This document shows positions 37,351-50,717 of a stretch of DNA of 64,000 bases, piece after piece. Made by a program: the position numbers and the translations under genes. Every line of letters starts with the position of its first letter. Position 1 is the first letter of the stretch. The notes under the pieces were generated by a model, which saw only the letters and a list, made by a program, of their open reading frames with translations, searched no databases and was not told the DNA's origin. This DNA is from Octopus sinensis (Eukaryota): positions 16,368,001 through 16,432,000 of the forward strand of contig NC_043024.1 of NCBI RefSeq assembly GCF_006345805.1, written 5' to 3'.

Positions 37351-38149
37351 ATTACTATAATTCACATCTTAATTTTTTTCATTTCTCTTTCACTCATTCT
37401 TCTCACTTTGTAAAGAAGCTGGTGAGTGATCAGAGTCAATGCTGTGAGAACTCTATAGCCTTAATCAGGATATGGCTGCATCTGTGGTGCTGGTGCCATG
37501 ATAAAAGAAGCCAGCCCAGTCAGTAAAGTGGATGGTGCTGGAAAGGCATCAAACTGTAGAAAGCAACCCCAAAATGAAACACAAGCATGATGTGGTCTCT
37601 GATCCACCTCTTGTCTTGTAACGACATTCACCCAGGATGAGTTAAACCAGCTCCTATTGAGTTCACTGCATCATGGGTCAAGGCAGTCCATGCACATCTG
37701 TTGGTGGCCAATTCTGCAGCATGTTGAAGCCATTCTCAGTTCCATTGATTAACGCCAAGGACTCAAGGGTCAGAAACGAGTTCCATACTTGCTTTGAGTG
37801 TTATGAGCCACGTCTTCAGCTGACCACTTCTAATGCTTATGTGAACCTGGGGGAGGACCTGGTGCTATCGCCTTCAGGATGAGTTCATCATGAGAGACAA
37901 ACCAAATCACTGCTGTCTCCTGATCTGAGGAGTTCCCACAAGAGGTGAGAGACCTATGAACTCCTATAAACTCATTGCTCTGATCCACCTAGATAAACAT
38001 ATTTACATATAGCTAAGCAGCAGCCTGAATATTTACTGACCCCACTATAGCCATAAGTCCAACCCATGCTAGCATGAAAAGTAGAGGTAAAAATATGATG
38101 ATAATAATAATGGTGTATACATACATGCATGCATGCATTCATACATACA

Positions 38150-38182
<33 letters not shown>

Positions 38183-38399
38183 GCCTGTAATTATTGGGCC
38201 CTGGAATGCCTAAATACCAATCTTATCAAAACCAGAAAGGAGAAAGCTAATTCGAAGACTGCAGATCCAATCCATCACTGGAACTGTAAAAATCTGTAAA
38301 ACTTTCCAGAAGTTTATCATTTAAATATATATGCGCATATCTAGATATACAAGTATATGCATGAGAAGACATACATAAAACAACACATACAAATCTGCA

Positions 38400-38521
38400 C
38401 AAATCTGGAGTGATAGGGTTCAGTCCCATGGCGTGGCACCTTGGGCAAGTGTCTTCTACTATAGCCTTGGGCCGACCAAAGCCTTGTGAGTGGATTTGGT
38501 AGATGAAAACTGAAAGAATCA

Positions 38522-38582
<61 letters not shown>

Positions 38583-38903
38583 CCCCCAACATCGCTTGAC
38601 AATCGATGGTGGTGTGTTTACATCCCTGTAACTTAGCGGTTCAGCAAAAGAGACCGATAGAATAAGAATTTGCTTGACTATAGGTTGTGCTCCAGCATGG
38701 CCACAGGAGTGGCTGTGTGGTAAGTAGCTTGCTTACCAACCACATGGTTCCAGGTTCAGTCTCACTGTGTGGCACCTTGGGCAAGTGTCTTCTACTATAG
38801 CCTCGGGCCGACCAAAGCCTTGTGAGTGGACTTGGTAGACAGAAACTGAAAGAAGCCCATTGTATATATATGTATATATATATATGTATGTGTGTATGTG
38901 TTT

Positions 38904-38946
<43 letters not shown>

Positions 38947-39122
38947 TGCCTGTCCCCCCAACATCGCTGGTGTGTTTACATACCCGTAACTTAGCAGTTC
39001 GGCAAAAGAAACCGATAGAATAAGTACAAGGCTTACAAAGAATAGGTCCTGGGGTCGATTTGCTTGACTAAAAGCGCTGCTCCAGCATGGCCGCAATCAA
39101 ATGACTGAAACAAGTAAAAGGG
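38400..39122 (+). mobile_element. Two head-to-tail SINE family A copies (about 38400-38703 and 38704-39122)
   Basis: The first copy's tail ccagcatggcc runs directly into the second head caggagtggctgtgtgg. Confidence 0.85.
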
Positions 39123-39399
39123 TAAAAGAGTATTCATACACATGTTGTCTATAGCTGGTTCCCTTCACAAGCACAGACATGACAACTGACACTTTTTTGC
39201 AAATTGAGTTAAATCAATTTTCAGCTTTTCAAATTATCTCTGGAGTCAGAGACAGAAACCCTGCTTTGATAAATCCCTTCCTGTCAGCATGGTTTCAGAT
39301 ATAACTGAAAGATCTTTATATATGCATATGACTGTGTGTATGTATGGGCGATTGGGTGCGTGATGCATGCATGTGTATGTATGCATATGTGCATGTATG

Positions 39400-39673
39400 T
39401 GTGCGTGGACATATATATAAATGCATATATATATATATATATAATATATATTATATATATATATGTGTGTGTGTGTATATATATATATGCATATATATAT
39501 ATACATATATATACATATATATACATATATATACATATATATATATATACATACATATATATACATATATATATATTATAGACATATAATACATATACAA
39601 TATACATATATATATATACATTACATATATATATATATACATACATATACATACATATATATAATATACATAC

Positions 39674-39712
<39 letters not shown>

Positions 39713-40616
39713 CATACATATACATATATATATATATACATACATATACATATATATATATATACATACATATACATATATATATATACATACATATACA
39801 TATATATATATATACATACATATACATATATATATATATACATACATATACATATTATATATATATACATACATATACATATATATATACATACATATAC
39901 AAATATATATATATACATACATATACATATATATATATATCATACATATACATATATATATATACATACATATACATATAATATATATACATACATATAC
40001 ATATATATATATATACATACATATACATATATATATATATACATACATATACATATATATATATACATATACATATATATATATATACATACATATACAT
40101 ATATATTATATATACATACATATACATATATATATATACATACATATACATATATATATACATACATATACATATATATATATATATACATACATATACA
40201 TATATATATATACATATACATATATATATATACATACATATACATATATATATATATACATACATATATATATATATATACATACATATATATATATATA
40301 TACATACATATATATATATATATACATACATATATATATATATAATACATATATATATACATACATATATATATATATACATACATAGATATATATATAT
40401 ATACATACATACATATATATATACATACATATTATATATATTATACATACATACATATATATATATACAGACACACATATATATATATATACATACAATA
40501 TATATATATATCTACATACATATGTATATATATACATACATAGATATAGATATATACATACATATATATATACTATATAATATATATATACATATATATA
40601 TTATATATACATACAT

Positions 40617-40685
<69 letters not shown>

Positions 40686-41680
40686 GCAGATATATATATA
40701 TATATACATACACACACACACACACACACACACATATATGTATGTATTTATATATCTCTTATTATAATATATATATAAATACATACATATATATAATTTA
40801 TATATATAAATGCATATATATATACACACACATATACACACATATATGTATGTATGTATGTATATGAGTATGTATGTATATGTGTGTGTGTGTGAGTGTT
40901 TGAATGTTTATGCATTTATGTGTTTCAAAGTACATATAAGATATAAGAAAATTTCATTTGATGAAGTTGAGTTTCTGATATTATTCAAAGCAGAAGATCA
41001 GATGCGTCTTTGATTGCCTATTTTCATTTCTCATGTGATTAAGTAAATAAATATATTTATACATACTTACATATATGTAAGTGTTCATGTGGGTGTGTGA
41101 GCATGCGTGTGTATGTGTGCAAGCATGTGTGTATATGTATGTATATATGTGTGTACATATGCATATATATATATGTATATATGCATATATATATGTATAT
41201 ATATGCATATATATGCATATATATATATGCAAATATATGCATATATATATATATGCAAATATATGCATATATATGCATATATACATACATATATATATAT
41301 ATATGCATATATACATACATATATATATATGCATATATAAATACATATATATATGCATATATATGCATATACATATATATGTATGTATATGCATATATAT
41401 ATGTATATATATATATATACATATATAGAGAGACTGATTGACATACAGATGCATAATTATATTGGTAAGTAAGAACATATTGAGAGAAATTGTTATATTG
41501 TTAGGTAAGCTTGGTAGGTGTGTTTGTATATATATATATGTATGTATATGTCTATATGTATGTATGTTTGGGTGTAAGTAGGTATATAGTGAGTGAGGGT
41601 TAGATAAATAAATGCACGTGCGTAAAGAATTTCAGTGTGTCTGAGCTGATGTTTGATTGTACATACACACACACACGCAT

Positions 41681-41712
<32 letters not shown>

Positions 41713-42087
41713 TGTCTTCATTTTATGAGACTCTTTTTGTTTTCATTATCAAAGCATCTCTTCGACAATGACTACAATACCAGAAATCTTTCTGTCTCTA
41801 TGTGTGTGTGTGTATGTCTACCTATGCATGTATATATATGTGCATGTATATAGATATACGTATATATATATTTTTATATACACACACACATTTATATACA
41901 TATAATATATATATATATGTATCTATATATATATACATACATATATATGTATGTATATATATATATATATATATATACGTAAATATATATATATGTATAT
42001 GTGTGTGTGTATACATACATATATGTATATGTGTGTGTATATACATACATATATGTATATGTGTGTGTATATACATACATATATATG

Positions 42088-42122
<35 letters not shown>

Positions 42123-42140
42123 GTAAATATATATATATGT

Positions 42141-42203
<63 letters not shown>

Positions 42204-42248
42204 GTGTATATATATATATATATGTATATATATGTATATATATATATA

Positions 42249-42287
<39 letters not shown>

Positions 42288-42302
42288 ATATATATATATA
42301 TA

Positions 42303-42333
<31 letters not shown>

Positions 42334-42390
42334 TATATATATACGTAAATATATATATGTATATGTGTGTGTATATATATATATATGAGA
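39400..42390. repeat. About 3-kb alternating purine-pyrimidine satellite region (TA, CATATA/CATA, TGCATA, TATG blocks) with short unique interruptions
   Basis: Directly visible; source of all long Y/I/M/C-rich ORFs. Confidence 0.95.
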
Positions 42391-43087
42391 GAGTGAGAGA
42401 AAGAAAGAGAGATAAGTGTGTATGTATGTATGTGAGTATACATATATCTTTTACAGAATCAATTACCACAACAAGAACCATTTATGGCTCCAAGACATTT
42501 CATTTCACTCTAAGAATTCCAAGATTCTCCAGCCTTGCCAGAATGAAAGTAGCAATATTGTCTGAACATTGAAGATGTTGTGTCAACAGTTCGCTACGGC
42601 CTTATATTAAGTTCTTGAAATTGGACATCATCATCATCATCATCATCATGATAATAATAACGTCAACAACAACAACAACAGTAATATATGTCAGAAACCA
42701 ATATCTCAATAAAGACGTATACCTTTGTGAATCTTTTATCAATGAGGCTGTTGTGTCTCTTGTTGTTGTTGGTGTTTCTGTTTGGTCTCATATCGACCGT
42801 GATTAAGTGAATCTTTGATGTAAATATGCTTTATATTTGACCATATCTTCCCTTCTTTCTGTATCACAGACATGCGCACATGCACACGCACACACACATT
42901 ATTTTGTGTGTACGTTAGAATGTGTGTATGTGTATATAAATCTGGATTCCTAAATCACACAAGGTACCATATGAAATTAGGTTTATTGCAGGTGCTAAGA
43001 AATGTACTCACAAACAGCAAATCTTTATTGATTTATGAAGCTTTAACTTGTTAAGGTTATCTCTAACCTTAACAACTGATCTAAAGT

Positions 43088-43380
43088 GCTTTTATAACAG
43101 AGTTGTTGTTGGTTGTTCCTTCTCGTGCCATGCCTGGCTAATAAGGACCGGTTTCCCGGTTTCCTTGGCGTATAGGTTCCCCACCTGGTTGAGACGCCGG
43201 TCCATCACAGGTGAGCTGCAAGATGCAGGAGGAAAGAGTGAGAGAAAGTTGTGGCAAAAGAGTCAGCAGAAGTTTGCCATTACCTTCTGCCGGGGTCACG
43301 TGAAGCTTAGGTGTTTTGCTCATAAGCACACACATCGCCATGCCTGAGATTTGAACCCACGATCCCTCGACTGCGAGTCC
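43088..43380 (-). mobile_element. tRNA-derived SINE (family D-like head, (AAC)n tail)
   Basis: Minus strand ggactcgcagtcgagggatcgtGGGTTCAAATCtc...ttatgagcaaaacac. Confidence 0.65.
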
Positions 43381-43589
43381 ACTTTATAACAGCGTAGAAC
43401 ATGATATTGGCTTATAAAAATGTTTAATATACTTTATTAGTATATTATCATTACATAACAAAATTCTGCATTCCTGGAAGTCATTATATTGAAACTTTAA
43501 ATGAGGCTAGGTCATGCTTTATGCAAAATTTAAAAACGCAATAAATTCCAAAATTTAAAAAAAGTGGTAGGAACTTAGTTGCCAACCCA

Positions 43590-43649
<60 letters not shown>

Positions 43650-43878
43650 TGGTTTGTCATGAGGTTCTATGGCGTTGTGGTTATCACACTTGCTTTACAA
43701 GCAGAAGATTGTGAGTTCCATCCTTGCCAGAACCATTGACTTTAACCTTTTATCCAATCCATACCACCATAGACAATGGATGTTAAATGGTGATGATGAT
43801 GTTGTATCTATATACAACTACTGATATATATATTTACGTCTTGGACTTCCTGTACCTCTACAGTAATTTGAATTCTTA

Positions 43879-43932
43879 CCAACCTGACGAGAAAGGCTCC
43901 ATTTAGGGGCTTTGAAACTTGAGGTAGCATGG
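43879..43932 (+). ncRNA. Degenerate type I hammerhead ribozyme
   Basis: ccaac CTGACGA g aaaggctcc attta ggggcttt GAAAC ttgag GTA | gcatgg; core intact, stem I broken. Confidence 0.45.
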
Positions 43933-44511
43933 AACCTAAATCAAATTGTTTTGAATAATACACACACACATATATATGTGTGTGTGTGTGTACATATATA
44001 TGTATATATATGTATGTATATGTAGGCTGTTGCAAAAATACTTGTTGATTTGGATAAAAATATCCAATTTTTTAATTGGATGTTCAAAATTTAAAAATTG
44101 GATGTTTAATTTGAAATAAACTTTAATGTAACTATGGTCATATAATACAACCATTTTAAAGAACATATTGCTCTCTCTCTATTGATTTATGCTAATGGCT
44201 CACCTTTCACTGTCTATTTTTCCCTATTTTAGGTTTTTAAATTAAAGATGGAAAAAAAAGTGCACATTGGAGCAATTTTACGGACAATTTCAAAACTGAA
44301 TGCAAAGCAGGGCAAACTACTTATCATATTGTCCAAGACCACTTTTGAAATGGACCCATACAAAACAACATGGGAGGTTGGAACTAAACCTTGGTTACCA
44401 AACAATTTTTCTACATCTCCATCTCAAAATTTAGATTCAGATGAATATGGTACTTAAGTTGAGGCACCAGAATTTAGTATGGTATTATCCATACAATTTA
44501 AAATAAGGTGA

Positions 44512-44927
44512 TTATAATCAAAATAAGCAACAAGGATATCCAGAGGTAATGCAGTACGATTGTTTCATGCAACTCCATTTAATTGAACAATGCAATCATT
44601 TCATTACATCAATTTAAAACGTAGAGCAATCTTCAGCTGCACGAAGACACATAATTTAATTAAATTCGAAGGACACATTAGTATAATTTTACCTAAAATC
44701 TCCAAAAGGATAAGGAGATAGACAAAGAACATGTTTTACCAACAACATCATAGTTGTAACCCTTAGTTGTCCTTCGAATTTAATTAAATTCTATGTTTTT
44801 GTGCAGCTGAAGATTGCTCTACATTTTAGATTGATGTAATTATTGCATTGTTCAATTAAATGGAGTTGCATGAAACGATTGTACTGCATTATCTCTGGAT
44901 ATCCTTGTTGCTTATTTTGATTTTAAT
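44512..44927. mobile_element. Fold-back element with arms of about 160 bp, a 92-nt spacer and two hammerheads
   Basis: 44512-44675 vs 44768-44927 are inverted, with several substitutions and indels. Confidence 0.8.
44802..44888 (+). ncRNA. Type I hammerhead ribozyme (mirror copy on minus strand, 44550-44641)
   Basis: tgcag CTGAAGA t-tgc...gca-t GAAAC gatt GTA | ctgca; U.U at 10.1-11.1 in both arms. Confidence 0.8.
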
Positions 44928-46861
44928 CTCCCTCATAAAAGATATATATTAGTGACAGCAGCAGCATTATTGTTGAGAGATTATATTTATCTCTAACAAG
45001 GATGCTCTGTTGGAACAAATTATATTACAGCAGACACCATAATAAAAATTCTCATATTGGCTTTTGGTGCAAAATGCACTCTCAGTATTAAAACTGCCTC
45101 TGTTGATACTATATATTTTTTAACAAACTCGCTGGCTAATCACAACATCAGTGACTGCTCTGGCATTGTTATTTTATATATCAATGGTGGGGAGATAAAA
45201 TGCTGCTATTTCTAGCAGCCAAGTATCCATCATTAGGGCTAGTCCAAGGAATTTTTTGAAGGAAGGGCACAAGGTCAGAAGGGAATACAATTCCAAGAGA
45301 AAAGGGGATAAACACATTATTTAGAAGGGTGTACTTCTTTTCTTGGGGGAGGGAACGTGCCTCTCAGAGCCCATCCCCTGTGTCCACCCCTGATCATTAA
45401 AACTAAAGTAGGTCAAAATTACATGATATGGTGGTTGCAGTGTTGGAGGTGGCAAGGATTTGTCTGTCCGTTAGTGATATAAACAAGCGTGCATTTTGCA
45501 CCAAAAGCCAACATGAGTTGTTTCTCTCATGGTATCTACTGCCGTATAGTTTGTTCTAATAGAACATCCATGTTTAAGTGGGGATAAATATAACCATCTT
45601 ATTAAAATGTCATAAAAACCTCAACAAAAGGTGCTGCATGAACAGACTTCAGTACTATGAAGTCTGTTCAATTTCTTGAAGGCATTAGGGTAGAAGATAA
45701 AACTTGGATTCAATACAACTGCCAGCATTCCCAGCAGTAGAGGGACAAAGACGAAATACCAAAGAGAAATCCCCGAGTACTTTCCCCAAGCTGAACCAGA
45801 ATCAAAAGGCGATGGTCTCTGTTTGGTGATTAGTATGTAATATCATCTATTACTAGATCCTATTTCTTAGTGAAACTATTACAACAGAGAAATATCTTTA
45901 AGAAAGAACAGAAAAGGTTAGATTGGGAATTGATCAAAAGACAAATTCTTTTTTATGACAATTCTTTTTTATGACAATTCTTTTTTATGACCTTTTGTCT
46001 TGTAAATGACTCTTTAGAAATTAAACAGCCAGGGACAAGAAACTCTCTCTCCCACCCAGCTTACTTCCTACATCTTACTCCAGTTGGTTATTACATTTTC
46101 AAGTCTCTCAATAGGTTCTGACTAGTATAAGGATATTTTTAATGACCAAACCATAACTCAAACACCTGTGGAAAATGCATTGGTTTCATGTCTATAGATA
46201 ACAATGTTACTGAAATAAATAGCTTTATTTCTTGTTGATAAAAATAGGAATGAATTTCAATGAATATCATTTCAAATAATAAAATTTATTCCAAGCATGT
46301 GTGTGTGGTGGGTAGTTGAAAGTTAAAAAGCACAATTATTTTTGTCCCAATCTGTATATTGTGTATATACACTTATTGATTGTGAGTTTGTGTTTCCGTG
46401 TGTCCATGTGTATGTACAATATATATGTTTGAGTATATACGTAAATACATTCAGTATGTGAATGGATTATTAATAATGAAATACTGACACTTAATTAAAG
46501 AATATTTAAATCTAAGTGTGTGTGTATATGTGTGTGTATGCACACACATGCAATATTATCTAGAAGTATTACTAAAAGACACTTAATTAAAACATACTTC
46601 TTTGTATATACAGGTGTACACACACACACACAAGCAACTCTATATTTTGGGGACACAAATGGGAGAAAAAGTTACCAGTGAAAATAGGTTATTCATTTGA
46701 AGCTGGAGGTTCATGTTGCTTACTCAGAGTGTCTTGTCAGCTGTGATCACATTTAATAAAATAAAATCTCAAAAGCAATGGCATGAATCATAGTTGCTTG
46801 AATTGTATATATTTGGTCCAGCATGGCCACAGCCTTAAGGCTGAAACATAAAATAATAAAA

Positions 46862-46900
<39 letters not shown>

Positions 46901-46979
46901 CATATATATACACACACAGATATTGTTGTTTAGGGAGAGTCATTATGCCAATATAATACATTTAAAAACATACATACAC

Positions 46980-47124
46980 ACACAACTGGTACTTAATTTA
47001 TCGAACCTGAAAGGATGAAAGGCAAAGTTGACCATGGTGGAATTCGAACTCAGAACATAAAGACAGACGAAATAACGCTAAGCATTTCGTCCAGCGTGCT
47101 AACGTTTCTGCCAGCTCACTGCCT
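46980..47124 (-). mobile_element. SINE family C
   Basis: Similarity to the 31925 copy. Confidence 0.75.
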
Positions 47125-47560
47125 TCTTTTCATCTTGATAACCTTTTGTAACTGCCACAGTAATTTGGAATAGTATTCTCCATTGATAGTGGGGCCCTTT
47201 TGAAGGTAATCAATAAATACGATGCTTTTTGCATCCCCCAAAACCGAAACCATCACCTTCTCCACAGATGAAACAACCTTGGACGTCTTTGGAGCAGGTG
47301 AAGAGGGGTGTTGGATCCACTGCATGGTTGTCTATGTGTCTATGGCTCAAAGTGATGAACCTAACATGCGTTCTGAGTTGGGAAACATTCAAAGAAAACA
47401 GTTGGATCTACCTCAAGCAATGTCAGCTTTTTCTCTGATGTGCACCCACTGAGCAAAAACCATTGCCATGACAAGTTCATTGTACAGAATATTCTCAACT
47501 CCCTCATGGGATAGGCTTGTAACATTGGCTATTTGATTTATAATCAATCACCTGTCCTTG
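47125..47560 (-). pseudogene. Mariner transposase fragment
   Basis: SSPAPKTSKVVSSVEKVMVSVLGDAKSIVFIDYLQKGPTINGEYYSKLL resembles the mariner segment KVMATVFWD...IDYL.KG.TI.G.YY..LL. Confidence 0.8.
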
Positions 47561-47688
47561 TTCACCATGTGGTTTGCTTCTCAGCCACATGGTTTTGAGG
47601 CTGTCCTAGAACAAAGCATGGCATGTTTATGTATATACATACATATCCACACACACACACATATGTATGTGTATATGTATGTATGTAT

Positions 47689-47724
<36 letters not shown>

Positions 47725-49040
47725 ATAACAAAGGTAAAATTAATTAATTAAGAAGTAATCAGTAATTTCACCAAGCAGAATTCGGCATGAAAAAGGCCAT
47801 TTCATGGTAAGCTTAAGTAATACTTTATAAATAGGGTTACTGAACCCTATTTATATATGTATTTATATATGTGTGTGTGTATGAGTGTGCGTGCGTATCG
47901 TTTGTGTGTGTATATTTATAATTGAACAGTTTTCAACAAGTGAGGAAAAAAACACACTCTAAAAGAAAATTTTGGCAGTTATATTTTATATAGTCAAGAA
48001 GTATACTTTTGGATATTAGTGAAAGCCCCAAAACTCTGCACAGAGGCAAGATGTTCATGTAGGGTTAACAGCAAGTGCCAGTAGATGGTTGATGCAACAC
48101 TGAGGCCATGGTTTATGAAGCAGAAGTGGTGTCCAACTATAACAACAGCAGCAACATTGTAAGCACACACACACACACATGTTGGAGTAATGGAAGGCCC
48201 CTTTAAGACTAGGCTAAATAACCACATGCTTCCTTTTAGGATCCCAGAGAAGTATCATGTTACAACATTGTTCACTTATATTTGGTGATTAAAAGATGAG
48301 GGAATACTGTACAGAATTAACTGGAAGCTACTGGAACAATCTGTGTCGTGCCTCAACAGAAGCAGATGGTGAAAATTTTGCTTGGCTGAGACTGCAATGA
48401 TCAAAAAAAAAAAAAGAAATTCACATGATCTGGTTGTATTCTTGAGCTCAAAAAAAATGAAACTTTTAGTTGGTACCCTCATGACAGAAAATGTGTTTTG
48501 AAAATGTAGCCTTCCCTGTTTGCATACTAGTGAACAAAAAACAACCATGAACCGATTCATTTCAGACATAGCTGGAATCATTCAAGAGAAGGTAACCGTC
48601 CCTCTCAGAATGGGTTTCTTTTGGGTCAGGGTTTTTTTGTTTTTTTAACTATCAGACTGATGAGAAATGTGTTTTTATCTCCATTTCTAAAAAGGCTGCA
48701 ATTTCTGTCCAGCAGATCTGATGAACCATCTACAACACTGAGTATAATAGTAGACACGAAACTCTGATTGGCCATAACCAAGGATATCCTATTCAACTAC
48801 ATAATATGTGTGTGTGCATGCGTGTGTATATGTGTGTGTGTGTGTCTCATTGAGTGATAGTTGTAAATGAGTGTTACTGTCATTCATTTCCAATATTCTG
48901 TGGAAAGGGTGGTGGTAGGGGTGTAGGTTTGACTCAGTAAACTCCATTTAACCCATGGAGCCATGAATAATTGGATAATAAAGATGATGATGTTGATATA
49001 TATATACAAAAAATATATGCAAATATATATTATGTGTAGA

Positions 49041-49092
<52 letters not shown>

Positions 49093-49639
49093 TAAATAGA
49101 TAGATAGATTGATATATACACACACACTTATCTGTAGACACACACACACGCACATACATATGTGTACATGTTCAGTTAGGTTAGAAGCATGCACAGATAC
49201 ATTATAAGATGGATGGATAGGCAAAGAGATTGTTAGGTGGATGGACGGATCAATGGATTTGTTGTGATTACAAGGTGTAAAGAAAAGAATTATTGTGGTA
49301 TCCTTTGTTACTGGCAAACTCCTTCCCTGCCCATCTCCACTGAATAAATCTCACTCACACCATTTAAACCTCATAAAACCTTTTCGTGTCCATTCTCTCT
49401 TGCAGAAGAGACCGTTATTATTCATGGCTGGAATATTCCTTGTGCTATTTATTTGAATATTGTAGCAACTGAAGTCTCTAATTCATAAACAGAATCATGG
49501 TAAGCATGACCATATAGTTAAGTGACTTGTTTTACAACTGCCTGGCTCTCGGCTTGACCACACAATATGGTACTGTGAACAAGGGCCTTTTACTTTAACC
49601 CTCAGTATATTGGTTTCAAATTTTGGCACAAGGTCAGCA

Positions 49640-50125
49640 AGTTGATTACATTGACCTCAGTACTCAGCTGGTACTTATTTTTCTTATCTTTCGATGAAAG
49701 AAAAAGTCAACCTCTAAGTTTAGCCCCTTGTGGGCAATAAAGAAATAAGAAATGTTAGCATACCAGGTGAAATGCTTAGCGGTATTTCGCCTGTCTTTAC
49801 GTTCTGAGTTCAAATTCCGCCAAGGTCGAATTTGCCTTTCATCCTTTCGGGGTTGATTAAATAAGTACCAGTTACGCACGGGGGTTGATATAATCGACTT
49901 AATCCGTTTGTCTGTCCTTGTTTGTCCCCTCTGTGTTTAGCCCCTTGTGGGTAGTAAAGAAATAGGTATTTTGTCTGTATTTACGTTCTGAGTTCAAATT
50001 CCGCCGAGGTCAACTTTGCCTTTCATCCTTTCGGGGTCAATAAATTAAGTACCAGTTGTGTAATGGGGTCGATCTAATCGACTCCCCCCTCCCCAAAATT
50101 TCAGGCCTTGTGCCTAGAGTAGAAA
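49640..50125 (+). mobile_element. Cluster of SINE family C copies and fragments in tandem
   Basis: Repeated gttctgagttcaaattccgcc...gcctttcatcctttcgggg and gccccttgtggg..taaagaaata tails. Confidence 0.8.
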
Positions 50126-50717
50126 AGAATACAGAAAGGTCAGAAGAGAACTGATCACAAGGTTGCATGGTTAGTTCCTTCAGTTATGGTTTGAGTTGTT
50201 GATTTTGTTATTGTTGTTGTTATCACCACACACACTGACACACCCAATATTCTAAATTAATCTAGATCCTGGTGGGTGGGGGGTGGGGGATGACAACAAA
50301 AACAACAAAATCAACAACTAGAATTGTAATCAAAAGCACTCTATCATTTATTCAGGCAGTGTACCTAGGACTACATTATCCAGTTCGTCCTTCCTTCTTT
50401 GAAGCTATTAGGCTGTGATTTCATGCAACATTGGTTACTAAATTATTTTTCCACTTTCCTAAAATTCTATTTTGTTGTTGCTGTTGTTACTTTGGTGTAA
50501 GTTAGCTGCAGTTAAACAGACATCTTTGATAGAAAGCATTCCATCTGTGACCATCCTTTCTTTTTTGCTAATGTATTTTAATGATTTGAAGGTGCCTTTG
50601 CTGCTATTTCTAGTAAACTGAAGAACCTACTCCACCTACACACACACACAATCCAGCCATAATCCAGTTGACTATCTTCAAAATTGTTCCATTCATAATT
50701 TTCTGTGTTGTTTAGAG

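Noticed and set aside
39246-42572. Long ORFs (up to 268 aa) rich in Y/I/M/C/H/T here and at other microsatellites
   Set aside because: They are translations of TA/CA/TG repeats, which lack stop codons in several frames.
42430-42830. Exon-like unique stretches
   Set aside because: Weak or missing splice sites, no recognisable protein, and no consistent strand.
48657-48770. Two CTGATGA motifs with nearby stem or GAAAC
   Set aside because: No matching stem III/NUH or stem I could be built.
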